Source of the DNA: Gammaproteobacteria bacterium
Lineage (GTDB): Bacteria > Pseudomonadota > Gammaproteobacteria > GCA-001735895
DNA: 64,000 bases
Reading direction: 5' to 3'
Assembly: GCA_029862125.1 (NCBI GenBank)
Contig: JAOTXY010000008.1
Span: 1,411 to 65,410, forward strand
The position numbers and the translations under genes are program-made. How positions within the stretch are numbered: the stretch's first letter is position 1; every line of letters begins with the position of its first letter. Under the pieces are notes generated by a model. That model saw only the letters and a list, made by a program, of their open reading frames with translations. It had not been told where the DNA came from and searched no databases. Of the stretch, positions 28,326 through 37,567 are shown piece by piece.

Positions 28326-29300
28326 TCAGCTTGTTGCGTATAAATCCTGCATCGCCTCGATGCGCTGCCTGACCCGCTCACGTAACTCGGACGGTTGCAG
28401 TACCTCGACCCCGGAGCCGTGCTTGAGAATATCCATGACAAGCTCGGTATCCTGGCTATAGGGTACGCGTAGAACATAGTAACCCTGGTCGTCATATTCG
28501 CTCTGCTGGTCCGGGTGCCAGGTTTCGCGCGATACCCAGCGCGCGATCTCCGGACTGAAGCGCAGCACCGCTTTACGCGTCTCGGCACCGGAAAAAATAC
28601 CGTAGCCACTTTCGAGCTCGCGATTCAGCTCTTGCGCGTCAACTTCAATGGCTGCTTCGCTGGTAATATCGAGTGCCTTGATCGCATCGATTGAAAAACT
28701 GCGCAACGCCTTGCGCAAATGACACCAGGCATCCAGGTACCAGTTATCACGATAGTAGATCAGCCGTTGCGGTGATACCCGACGCTCGCTGCTACTGTCC
28801 GTCGGGCGACTGTAATAAGTCATATCGACGCATTTCCTGGATAGCAATGCCTGGCAAAGATCCTGGAAATATTCACTGGAATAAGCCTTCGCAGCCAGCG
28901 GGATGATTCGAATCCGGTGTGCGATCTCATCGACGCTATGGTCACCATCGTCGAGCAGCATGCGGATACGCGAACGCAGTGGTTCGATATGATTCGATAA
29001 CACGCCGGGCTGCAGGTTTTCCAGCAGTGCATCCATGCTCAGCAAGGCCTGGATTTCGCTGGTGTTAAACCAGAGTCCGGGCAGCTGGAACTGTTCACCA
29101 TCCTCGCCCTGTTCGTAGCAATAACCGCGACGTTCACGATCCCAGACAATCGGCGCCGCGAGTCGGTCACGCAGGTACTCGAGGTCGCGCTTGAAGGTCG
29201 CCGGCGATACCTCGAGCGCATCGAGAAACTGGGCCCGGGTGACCACGCGCTGGTTGCACAGCATCTGGTCGATCAGGTGAAAACGCTCGGTTCGGTCCAT
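28326..29300 (-). CDS. WYL-domain transcriptional regulator (YafY/PafBC-like: N-terminal HTH, WYL, C-terminal WCX)
   Basis: The N-terminal HTH (MDRTERFHLIDQMLCNQRVVTRAQFLDALEVSPATFKRDLEYLRD) is typical of WYL regulators, and the protein is about 324 aa. Confidence 0.7.
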   Translation of the reverse strand: MDRTERFHLIDQMLCNQRVVTRAQFLDALEVSPATFKRDLEYLRDRLAAPIVWDRERRGYCYEQGEDGEQFQLPGLWFNTSEIQALLSMDALLENLQPGVLSNHIEPLRSRIRMLLDDGDHSVDEIAHRIRIIPLAAKAYSSEYFQDLCQALLSRKCVDMTYYSRPTDSSSERRVSPQRLIYYRDNWYLDAWCHLRKALRSFSIDAIKALDITSEAAIEVDAQELNRELESGYGIFSGAETRKAVLRFSPEIARWVSRETWHPDQQSEYDDQGYYVLRVPYSQDTELVMDILKHGSGVEVLQPSELRERVRQRIEAMQDLYATS

Positions 29301-29383
29301 AAATAAAGTATTCTCCTGTTATAGCTCATCTTGTGAGCCACATGCTCCGGGATAATAGCACGATCAAGATGAAGGGGAACGAA

Positions 29384-29902
29384 ATGTCCTGGACCAAATC
29401 ATTGCTTTACAAGCTATCCGCCTTTTGCCGTTGCCGCGTTATTAACGGGCCTGATCATCAACCCTATCTCGAACGTTACCACCTGCTGCGCCTGCCGTTT
29501 GGCTACCGGATTTACCTGCATCGCTTTGTTGCCAGCGATCCCGGTCGGGGTTTGCACAATCACCCGTGGAGGCACGCACTTTCGCTAGTGCTGTGTGGCG
29601 CTTACGAGGAGACACGCATGCTCGATGCGCGAGCCGATAACACGTTGCACAATCGCTGGCTGCGGGCGGGTGATCTTAACTTTATATCCGGTGATGTTTT
29701 TCACCGCGTAAATATAACCCCTGGTACTGAATGCTGGAGCCTGTTCATCCATGCCCCCAAAGCCAAGGCCTGGGGGTTTATCCAGCAGCAGCAATATCAT
29801 GACCACAATGACGTTGTCGCCCAGGCCAGCAATCCCCTGTGGTGGAAACAGGCCCGGCGCCCGATCCACTGCCCGCAGATGCGCCTGCCCTGCTCAATTT
29901 GA
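29384..29902 (+). CDS. Cupin-fold protein of the cysteine-dioxygenase type I (thiol dioxygenase) family, transcribed divergently from the WYL regulator
   Basis: The block YRIYLHRFVASDPGRGLHNHPWRHALSLVLCGAYEETRM matches the CDO cupin pattern (…PG…IH-H…VL.G…E…). The start is chosen at the ATG preceded by GGGGA; alternatives are 29333 and 29369. Confidence 0.5.
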   Translation: MSWTKSLLYKLSAFCRCRVINGPDHQPYLERYHLLRLPFGYRIYLHRFVASDPGRGLHNHPWRHALSLVLCGAYEETRMLDARADNTLHNRWLRAGDLNFISGDVFHRVNITPGTECWSLFIHAPKAKAWGFIQQQQYHDHNDVVAQASNPLWWKQARRPIHCPQMRLPCSI

Positions 29903-29922
29903 AGAACGCCGATCTCGTGAGC

Positions 29923-30906
29923 CTATTCTTCCAGGGTGGCTGTTATCTCTGGATAAATGGCTGAATGAGTCAACTCTGGGTGGCGTTCTCCGTATCGCGC
30001 CGGTACGTCCTGGGTCCAGTCGCTGGGAATAATGGTCGGCAGGATCAGTAGCACTGCGAGAACCAGTCTTTTTATCCAGAGACCGCCCGGGGGTTCAACC
30101 CTGGCTGCTTGCATTTCGATTGGCAGATCGGTCGATTCCCCTGGCTCCGTTTTCCTGCGGTAGCACCAGATTAACAGGCCGATTCCAATCAAAGTCATCA
30201 GGACATTGAATTCCTGCCCTGGAGGGAGACCGTAGAAACTGGAGCGGTATTCACGAAAGAAATCGATAAATATACGGAGAAAGCCGTACCACAAGATAAA
30301 GTGGGCGACCAACACACCACGAGGGGGACCTGTTCTTTTAATCAGCAACAGCAACGGCACCAGTAACAGGTTTTTAAGCCCGTCATAGAGTACGACCGGG
30401 TGCCGAAACCCTTCGAGGTCGGGAAACTTGACCCCCCAGGACATGTCGGTGAGGCTGCCAACGATTTGTCCGTCGATGAAGTTGCCGATGCGTCCGCATG
30501 CCATGATAAAGGCCGCCGCAATCGCGAGCACGTCGGCGACCTCGAGAAAACTGTGATGATTCAGTTTACAGAACAGGACCACGGCGATGGTCGAGCCGAG
30601 CAATATACCGTGGGTCGACATCCCGCCCAACCAGATTGCCGGGATATATGCAAGATGCGAACCGTAGTAAGACCATTCGTAAAAAATGACTTCGACCGCG
30701 CGACCGCCGAGGAGAACACCGATGGCAATGTAGATTATCAGCTTGTATACAGCATCTGTATCAAAAGCCAGGCTCGTCCGGTTGGCGCGCAGCCAGAAAA
30801 ATCCGGCCAGGAAGCCAAAGGTATAACTCGCCCCGTACCACCAGAGGTAAAAACCTCCAAACTCGGCGAATATGGGATCGATATCATGAATGAAAGGACC
30901 AAACAT
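29923..30906 (-). CDS. Prolipoprotein diacylglyceryl transferase paralog (Lgt family) with a ~80 aa C-terminal extension
   Basis: It has the Lgt signature (…ACGRIGNFIDGQIVG…) and typical TM topology. A canonical lgt is also present at 48261-49103. Confidence 0.7.
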   Translation of the reverse strand: MFGPFIHDIDPIFAEFGGFYLWWYGASYTFGFLAGFFWLRANRTSLAFDTDAVYKLIIYIAIGVLLGGRAVEVIFYEWSYYGSHLAYIPAIWLGGMSTHGILLGSTIAVVLFCKLNHHSFLEVADVLAIAAAFIMACGRIGNFIDGQIVGSLTDMSWGVKFPDLEGFRHPVVLYDGLKNLLLVPLLLLIKRTGPPRGVLVAHFILWYGFLRIFIDFFREYRSSFYGLPPGQEFNVLMTLIGIGLLIWCYRRKTEPGESTDLPIEMQAARVEPPGGLWIKRLVLAVLLILPTIIPSDWTQDVPARYGERHPELTHSAIYPEITATLEE

Positions 30907-31027
30907 GGCTTAAATCCATCGATTCTTCCTTTTAACTCTAAGGCTATTTCAAATGGTTTAATTGATTTGCGTCGGGTTTTGAGCATGTGATAATAGGTTT
31001 CGGCCTTGTCTCAAAGTACAGAGTTTT

Positions 31028-32659
31028 ATGACTGATAATCCAGTTTGGCGCTGGTTCGACGACACCTTTCTCGACCTGGGAAGACAATTCCGCTGGTCCT
31101 ACCTGCCGCCGCTGATGGTGTACCTGGCTGCCGGGGTGTCGGGTCTGACCTCGATTGTCGGCACCTTCTTTATCAAGGAGTATCTCGATCTATCCGCGGC
31201 CTTTCTCGCCGGCCTGGCTTTCTGGGCGGGCATTCCCTGGACATTAAAGATGCCCATCGGTCACCTGGTTGACCTGATCTGGCGGCGCAAGGCGCTGCTG
31301 GTTTACATCGGCGCCAGCCTGATAGCACTCAGTATCTTGATCATGTACGGCATTATCGCGCATACCGCCATGATGGCCGAGATCATGAAGGTTGAAGCCT
31401 GGTTCGTGATTTCCACCATCCTGGCGCCAACCGGCTACGTGGTGCAGGACGTGGTCGCGGATGCAATGACGGTGGAAGCAGTGCCGACCATCGACGAAGA
31501 TGGCAACCCTTACCCGGAAAGCGATATCAAGACCATGCATACCACGATGCAAACCCTGGGACGGGTTGCGATCATCGGTGGCCTGGTCGCCGTCGCAGCG
31601 CTCAATATCACCATGTTCGAAGGCGTAGAGAACATGTCCGAAGAAATGAAGGTTGCGATCTATGCCGACATCTACCTGCTGGCGCTGATCATCCCACTGG
31701 TTTCGATCATGGGCGTCATCCTCGGCGGCATTCTGTTACGCCGACGCGCGCGGCAGCTGGAAGCACAGGGCCATGATCACAGCAGCATCGACAAGCTGTT
31801 GTTCGCCCCCACCGGCGAAACCAGGCCGAACTGGTGGATACTCGGTGGCAGCCTGGTTTTTGCCGTGTTCACCGTAACCATGGGCGTCAGCGATGTACCG
31901 TTGGCGCAGGAAATAATTTTCCTCGGTTCAATGACCATTATCTTGTTCCTGATGTATCGATTGCTGCTTGAACTAAAGCCAGAGCAGCGCAACATGCTGG
32001 TGGGTACCGCGGTTATCATCTTCGTGTTCCGCGCGGTACCGCTACCCGGCCCGGGCGCTGGCTGGTTCGAAATCGATGTGCTCGATTTTGATCAGCAGTT
32101 CTTTTCTGTATTGTCTTTGATCGCTTCCATGCTCACGCTCGTCGGCATGGTAGTGCTGCGCCCGATGATGGCGAAGCGCTCGATCGCATTTGTCGTCGTG
32201 CTGCTGACCATCGCCGCTGGGATCCTGTCGTTACCCAATATCGGTCTCTACTATGGCTTGCACGAATGGACCGCGCCACATACCGGGGGTGTCGTCGATG
32301 CGCGCTTTATTGCGATTATCGACACCGCTATTGAATCACCGCTGGGTCAGATCGCGATGATCCCGATGTTGGCCTGGATCGCCAAGAACGCACCGGCGCA
32401 TTTGAAGGCCACGTTTTTCGCGGTCATGGCGTCGTTCACCAACCTGGCGCTTTCGGCGGCAAGCCTCGGCACCAAGTACATGAACGAAATTTATACCGTC
32501 ACTCGTGAAGTTCGCGACCGCGTAACGGACGTGATTCAAACCACGGCCGATTACAGCGAACTGGGCTGGCTGTTGATTACCGTCGCAACGATCGGCGTCG
32601 CGGCGCCGCTGCTGACCGTTGTGTTGATCCAGAATTCGCGTTTGCGAACCCAACAATAG
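31028..32659 (+). CDS. MFS-superfamily transporter of the BT1 (folate-biopterin transporter-like) family
   Basis: 543 aa with about 12 TM helices. The N-terminal pattern …YLPPLMVYLAAGVSGL…FIKEYLDLSAA…IPWTLKMPIGHLVDLIWRRKALLVYIG… resembles the BT1 family. Confidence 0.5.
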   Translation: MTDNPVWRWFDDTFLDLGRQFRWSYLPPLMVYLAAGVSGLTSIVGTFFIKEYLDLSAAFLAGLAFWAGIPWTLKMPIGHLVDLIWRRKALLVYIGASLIALSILIMYGIIAHTAMMAEIMKVEAWFVISTILAPTGYVVQDVVADAMTVEAVPTIDEDGNPYPESDIKTMHTTMQTLGRVAIIGGLVAVAALNITMFEGVENMSEEMKVAIYADIYLLALIIPLVSIMGVILGGILLRRRARQLEAQGHDHSSIDKLLFAPTGETRPNWWILGGSLVFAVFTVTMGVSDVPLAQEIIFLGSMTIILFLMYRLLLELKPEQRNMLVGTAVIIFVFRAVPLPGPGAGWFEIDVLDFDQQFFSVLSLIASMLTLVGMVVLRPMMAKRSIAFVVVLLTIAAGILSLPNIGLYYGLHEWTAPHTGGVVDARFIAIIDTAIESPLGQIAMIPMLAWIAKNAPAHLKATFFAVMASFTNLALSAASLGTKYMNEIYTVTREVRDRVTDVIQTTADYSELGWLLITVATIGVAAPLLTVVLIQNSRLRTQQ

Positions 32660-32698
32660 TCAAACCAGGATTCATTAAATCCCGGGGGAGGAATTAAA

Positions 32699-33343
32699 AT
32701 GCAAAACATAATCATCGCAGTGCTGCTGTCGCTGCTTGCCGGTCCTGCGCTTGCGCACCACCCGCTCGCGGGTATGCCGGTGACAACCTTCGTCCAGGGC
32801 CTGATGTCCGGTTTCGGGCATCCGATACTCGGCTTCGATCATTTATTTTTTGTCACCTCGGTAGGCATTATCGCCATTTTCACGCGCCACCGAATTCTTG
32901 CACCGCTGGCCTATATCATAGCCATGCTTAGCGGTTGCCTGGTCACCTTGCTGTGGACCACGGTGCCGGCAACCGAGCTAATGATTGCGCTATCGCTACT
33001 GGTGCTTGGTTCAATGTTGCTCAGCGGACATCGATTCAGTTTACCGACTATCCTGTTCGCCTTTGCCGGTTTCGGATTATTTCACGGCGCGGCCTTTGGC
33101 CAGTCACTTGCGACGCAGGAGGCCGCTTTCGGTATCCATGTGTTAGCGGGTTACCTGCTGGGTCTGGGCGTCACCCAGTTTACGATTGCACTGGCCGCGG
33201 GCCTGGTTTGCACGACGCTATGGAAGGCTTCGCAGGCGAGCGCAATACAGCCCCGCCTGGCGGGTGCGATGGTCGCAGGGGCCGGACTCTATCTGACTCT
33301 TGAACATTTAGAAGGCCCGTTGTTACAAGCCGTTTCCAGTTAG
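32699..33343 (+). CDS. HupE/UreJ-family metal (Ni/Co) transporter, likely the cobalt supply for the adjacent nitrile hydratase
   Basis: A signal peptide is followed immediately by an HHP motif (…ALAHHPLAG…). The protein is about 214 aa with 6 TM helices and lies next to a Co-type nitrile hydratase. Confidence 0.65.
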   Translation: MQNIIIAVLLSLLAGPALAHHPLAGMPVTTFVQGLMSGFGHPILGFDHLFFVTSVGIIAIFTRHRILAPLAYIIAMLSGCLVTLLWTTVPATELMIALSLLVLGSMLLSGHRFSLPTILFAFAGFGLFHGAAFGQSLATQEAAFGIHVLAGYLLGLGVTQFTIALAAGLVCTTLWKASQASAIQPRLAGAMVAGAGLYLTLEHLEGPLLQAVSS

Positions 33344-33711
33344 ACCTGTGACCCGGTTTTGAGATTTACCGGTTGCCCGTGGGGTGTCGACAGGTAGGCC
33401 TGTTCCCAGTCCTTGCGTTTACCGGCCATTGCCTGTCGATCGATGTCACTATGGTTGGCTACCAGTCCTTCCAGCGCCTTTAAAACACATTGATAATAGG
33501 TTTCCTGGTTGTCGCTGGCGCCACTGGATTGTGCCTGTTTCAGGGCTTCACCGAGTGCGTCGGACCAGGCGCTCGCACTGAACATGCCGTTTTGTACCAG
33601 GGTATCGGCGATCGCCAGCACCTCGGCCTGCCAGGGTTCATCGAAAGCCGGTTGACCGTCGACACTGGCAAGGGGTTTGAGTGACTTCGAATTCGGCTCA
33701 TCCATGGTCAT
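33340..33711 (-). CDS. Nitrile hydratase accessory (activator/metallochaperone) protein
   Basis: 123 aa, immediately downstream of the NHase beta subunit and overlapping it. Confidence 0.6.
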   Translation of the reverse strand: MTMDEPNSKSLKPLASVDGQPAFDEPWQAEVLAIADTLVQNGMFSASAWSDALGEALKQAQSSGASDNQETYYQCVLKALEGLVANHSDIDRQAMAGKRKDWEQAYLSTPHGQPVNLKTGSQV

Positions 33712-34373
33712 ACCTCGGCCAGGTAAGTTTCAAACAGATCAAGGTAGACCTTGTCCTGGCTCCACTTCGCTTCCGGCCACAGCTCCGCAGCTTCGAACAT
33801 GATGCTATAGCAGTGTTGATGAATTTCCACGCCTTGCGCTGACAGGTCCGGGAACACGTGCGCGCCATGATAGGCGTGCACCGTACCCGTTCTATCCCTG
33901 GCATACTGCGGCAAGCGCGTATGGCCGCTGTTTCCATGGCGAGACGTCTTCACCTGCTGCCCTACCGCAAATACCGGTGGCGTTTCAATTTCACCATCAA
34001 AGCGAACGGCATTATCGTGATCTTCCTGCAGCACCTGTTTCAGCGTCATCGCGACCGCAGGTTTACCATAATCGGTTTTTTTCGATGGCGATTTGCCGGT
34101 GCTTATTTCCTCCTCGGAAAAATAGCCCGCCTCGGCGTATATCGAAAAATCGGTTTGTGCCCAGGAATCGAAATAAGGGCGACCGAGGTAATCCCCGGGC
34201 ATGATCAGTTCACGGCAATGACGCCACCAGTCGATGGTGATCCCGGGGGCGCGTGCACATTGTGCAATTCCCCATTCACGACCTTCCCAGTCCTCGTGAA
34301 ACGGGCTTTCGCCTTCGTCGACTTCGATCGGGCCATAACCTTGCTTACCGCCGAGATCGTGAATTCCATCCAT
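33708..34373 (-). CDS. nthB: Nitrile hydratase beta subunit
   Basis: The N-terminus [19 protein letters not shown]…EDWEGR is typical of NHase beta. The stop and start overlap those of the alpha subunit and the accessory gene. Confidence 0.85.
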   Translation of the reverse strand: MDGIHDLGGKQGYGPIEVDEGESPFHEDWEGREWGIAQCARAPGITIDWWRHCRELIMPGDYLGRPYFDSWAQTDFSIYAEAGYFSEEEISTGKSPSKKTDYGKPAVAMTLKQVLQEDHDNAVRFDGEIETPPVFAVGQQVKTSRHGNSGHTRLPQYARDRTGTVHAYHGAHVFPDLSAQGVEIHQHCYSIMFEAAELWPEAKWSQDKVYLDLFETYLAEV

Positions 34374-35044
34374 CAGCCATCAGCCTCGATGTTTTCACCG
34401 AGGTCGCGGTCGGTGCCGATCATCGAATTACGCGACACCAGCCCGGCCAATTCCTCCTCGCTCATATCCTCGGTACCCTCAGGTCGCTGCGGCAGCACCA
34501 GGTAGCGCAACTCCGCGGTACTGTCCCATACGTGTACCTCGATATCGACATCGAGGTCGAGACCAAACTCTGCCAGTACACCGCGCGGGTCGCGTACCGC
34601 GCGCGAGCGATAGGCGGCCGCCTTGTACCAGGGGGGTGCAATGCCCAGGATCGAAAATGGGTAACAGGAGCACAGCGTGCAAACCACCAGGTTGTGTACC
34701 TCGTCGGTATTTTCAACCACCTTGAGATGCGCGGTTGCCTTGCCGAGAAAACCCAGCTCATCGATGGCGGCCGGTGCATCGCGCAACAGTCTGGATTTGT
34801 ATTCAGGATCACACCAGGCTTTTGCGACCACCATGGCGCCACGCTTGGGACCGATTTCCTCGGTATAGGCTTCGATCCAGGCATCGATGGTTTTTGGATT
34901 GACCAGCCCCTTGTCTACCAGCAGCGTCTCCAGCGCCTTGACGCGTAACGCTGATTCGGACGGCAGGTGGCTATGCAGGTGCTGATGAATTTCAGCGACT
35001 TTGCTGGCATCGAAGCCCGGTGCCGGTTTGCTATCAGTGGCCAT
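34373..35044 (-). CDS. nthA: Nitrile hydratase alpha subunit, cobalt type
   Basis: The metal-binding motif VCTLCSCY has Thr at the position that marks Co-type enzymes (Fe-type enzymes have Ser). Confidence 0.9.
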   Translation of the reverse strand: MATDSKPAPGFDASKVAEIHQHLHSHLPSESALRVKALETLLVDKGLVNPKTIDAWIEAYTEEIGPKRGAMVVAKAWCDPEYKSRLLRDAPAAIDELGFLGKATAHLKVVENTDEVHNLVVCTLCSCYPFSILGIAPPWYKAAAYRSRAVRDPRGVLAEFGLDLDVDIEVHVWDSTAELRYLVLPQRPEGTEDMSEEELAGLVSRNSMIGTDRDLGENIEADG

Positions 35045-35151
35045 AAACGCCAGTTTACTTAATCTGAACTCGAATATCAGCTAGATAAATTTTGGATATA
35101 AATCGCCCTGGATCGATCGTCCTGAAAACGTTTTGCAATTACACTGCGCCG

Positions 35152-35445
35152 ATGTTACCAGCTATCAGACGCCCCACCCTTAGCGATGTCGCAAAGTTGA
35201 TTTTTGTCGGTGCCATCGGGGGAGGTGCCTTCATATTCGTTACCATTGCGCTCAACGATTTTGGACCGGTAAGTATCGCCACCTGGCGGGTTTCGCTGGG
35301 CGCTGTCGTCATGTTATTCATTGCCATGCTGATCGGTCAGAAATTCCCCCGGGGATTACGCAACTGGCGCAATATATTTGTCGTCGGATGTCTCAATAGC
35401 GCAGTTCCATTCTTCCTGGATCCCGATGGTCGAGCGGCGGGATGA
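35152..35445 (+). pseudogene. Truncated N-terminal fragment of a DMT/EamA-family transporter gene
   Basis: Only about 95 aa of an EamA-like first domain (…SLGAVVMLFIAMLIG…NSAVPFFL) before a stop. Intact members are about 300 aa. The fragment ends 3 nt before the convergent fghA stop. Confidence 0.4.
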
Positions 35446-35448
35446 CAC

Positions 35449-36285
35449 TTACTTCAGAAAACCGGCGTGGTAGTCGAAGTGATCTTCGATGAAGCTGGCG
35501 ATGAAGTGATAGCTATGATCATAGCCGGGCTGCATGCGAATGTTTACCGACTGCCCCACGGCATCACAGGCAGCCTGGAAATTATCCGGTAACAGTTGCC
35601 CGTCGTGCAAGAATTCATCGGCGTCCCCCTGGTCAATCAGGATATCGTTAACCCGCGCACCGCCTTGTACCAGGCAGGTCGCATCGTATGCTTCCCAGGC
35701 GGAAGTATCGTCACCCAGGTAGGCTCCGAAACAACCCTGACCCCAGCCGCAGTTGACCGGGTTTGCAATCGGTGCAAAGGCCGACACCGAACGAAACTCA
35801 CCCGGGTTTTTTAATGCGCAGATCAGCGCACCATGCCCACCCATGGAGTGCCCGGTAACCGATTTAACGCCGGGGATCAATGGCAAATTGGCTTCGATCA
35901 AAGCGGGCAATTCACGCGTCACGTAGTCAAACATCTGGTAGTGCGGGGTCCACGGGCTCTGCGTCGCGTTGACATAAAAACCCGCGGCCTGCCCCAGGTC
36001 GTAACGCTCTGGTTCATCGGCGACATCATTGCCGCGCGGGCTGGTGTCAGGAAACACGATGGCAATGCCGTGTTGCGCGGCAAAGCGCTGAAAACCACCC
36101 TTGGTGCGGGCATTGTCGTCGTTGCAGGTTAATCCCGATAGCCAGTAGAGCGCCGGTACCTTTGCATCTCTCGATTCTGGCGGCAGGTAAACCGAGAATG
36201 TCATCTCGCACTGGCAAGTAGTCGATTCGTGGGTATAGCGGTTCAGGTAACCGCCGTTTTCCTTGATGCTTTCAATCTCTTTCAT
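35449..36285 (-). CDS. fghA: S-formylglutathione hydrolase (esterase D)
   Basis: …YLPP…ALYWLSGLTCNDDNA…, the GHSMGGHGAL serine-hydrolase motif, and pairing with frmA. Confidence 0.9.
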   Translation of the reverse strand: MKEIESIKENGGYLNRYTHESTTCQCEMTFSVYLPPESRDAKVPALYWLSGLTCNDDNARTKGGFQRFAAQHGIAIVFPDTSPRGNDVADEPERYDLGQAAGFYVNATQSPWTPHYQMFDYVTRELPALIEANLPLIPGVKSVTGHSMGGHGALICALKNPGEFRSVSAFAPIANPVNCGWGQGCFGAYLGDDTSAWEAYDATCLVQGGARVNDILIDQGDADEFLHDGQLLPDNFQAACDAVGQSVNIRMQPGYDHSYHFIASFIEDHFDYHAGFLK

Positions 36286-36295
36286 GTCGATGGCG

Positions 36296-37411
36296 CTAGA
36301 ACATGATTACAGATTTAATACTTTTGCCTTCATGCATCAAGTCGAAGGCGGTATTGATCTCTTCCAGGGGCATGGTATGGGTTACCAGGCTGTCGAGTTC
36401 GATGGTTCCATCCAGGTATTGATCGACCATGCCCGGCAGCTCGGTGCGCCCCTTGACACCACCGAACGCGGTGCCGATCCAGCGCCGGCCGACAACCAGG
36501 TTGAAAGGACGCGTCTTGATTTCTTCACCCGCACCGGCGACGCCGATAATGGTCGAGGTTCCCCACCCCATGTGGGTACATTCGAGTGCGTCGCGCATGA
36601 CATTAACATTGCCGATACATTCGAACGAGTAATCGACCCCACCGCCGGTCATTTCCTGGATGTATTCCGGTAAAGAGCCATCGACCTCTTTGGGATTAAC
36701 AAAATCAGTGGCGCCGAGAGATTTTGCCATTTCCCATTTACCGGGATTGATATCGACCGCGATGATGCGTTCGGCCTTTGCCATTACCGCGCCCATGACT
36801 GCTGACAGGCCTACCGTGCCGAGGCCAAACACCGCAACCGATGAGCCGGGCTGGACCCTGGCGGTGTTCAAGACCGCACCGATACCGGTGGTTACACCAC
36901 AACCCAGCAGGCAGGCCTTATCGAGCGGTGCTGCCTTGTTGATCCTGGCGAGTGCAATTTCGGGCACCACGGTGTATTCCGAAAAAGTCGAGCAGCCCAT
37001 GTAGTGATATAAATCCTTGCCATTATGTGAAAAGCGACGGCTACCGTCTGGCATGAAACCGGTCCACACCGTACCAGCAATCGACTGGCACAGGTTGGTC
37101 TTATCCGAGCTGCAGTACACACAACTGGGTTCACCACATTCGGGGATATAAAGCGGAATGACATGATCACCGACATCGAGACTGTTAACGCCTGACCCAC
37201 ATTCCACGACCTCGCAGCCACCTTCATGCCCCAGGATTGCCGGAAACGCACCTTCCGGGTCCTCACCCGATAGCGTGAACGCATCGGTGTGGCAGACACC
37301 ACTGGCGTGCACCTTGAGCAAGACCTCACCCTCGCGCGGGCCTTCGACTTCAACTTCTTCAATTTCAAGGGGTTTTTTCGGTTCCCACGCGACCGCGGCT
37401 GTTGATTTCAT
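36296..37411 (-). CDS. frmA: S-(hydroxymethyl)glutathione dehydrogenase / class III alcohol dehydrogenase
   Basis: Zn-ADH motifs (GVCHTDAFT…[12 protein letters not shown]) and strong class III ADH similarity. Confidence 0.9.
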   Translation of the reverse strand: MKSTAAVAWEPKKPLEIEEVEVEGPREGEVLLKVHASGVCHTDAFTLSGEDPEGAFPAILGHEGGCEVVECGSGVNSLDVGDHVIPLYIPECGEPSCVYCSSDKTNLCQSIAGTVWTGFMPDGSRRFSHNGKDLYHYMGCSTFSEYTVVPEIALARINKAAPLDKACLLGCGVTTGIGAVLNTARVQPGSSVAVFGLGTVGLSAVMGAVMAKAERIIAVDINPGKWEMAKSLGATDFVNPKEVDGSLPEYIQEMTGGGVDYSFECIGNVNVMRDALECTHMGWGTSTIIGVAGAGEEIKTRPFNLVVGRRWIGTAFGGVKGRTELPGMVDQYLDGTIELDSLVTHTMPLEEINTAFDLMHEGKSIKSVIMF

Positions 37412-37567
37412 GGTTGCTCCTGAGGTTTTATAGGGTTATTGATCGCAGACTAATTACAATGCCGGGGCTAGTCAAGCCGCTACTAATCTGCCCGTTTCCG
37501 GTAAAATAATTGAATTATTTGGGAAATCCTGACTCGAATTCCTATCCACCCGTACCAGGAGGCTGAT

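Noticed and set aside
33858-34948. Plus-strand ORFs of 215 and 231 aa across nthB/nthA
   Set aside because: They are antisense to the unmistakable nitrile hydratase alpha and beta subunit genes.
35092-35151. Upstream ATG at 35092 for the EamA fragment
   Set aside because: The first 20 residues are not EamA-like. The ATG at 35152 gives the typical DMT N-terminus, and in either case the gene is truncated.
36892-37368. 158-aa minus-strand ORF in an alternative frame within frmA
   Set aside because: It is an alternative frame of the class III ADH gene, which has canonical motifs in its own frame.
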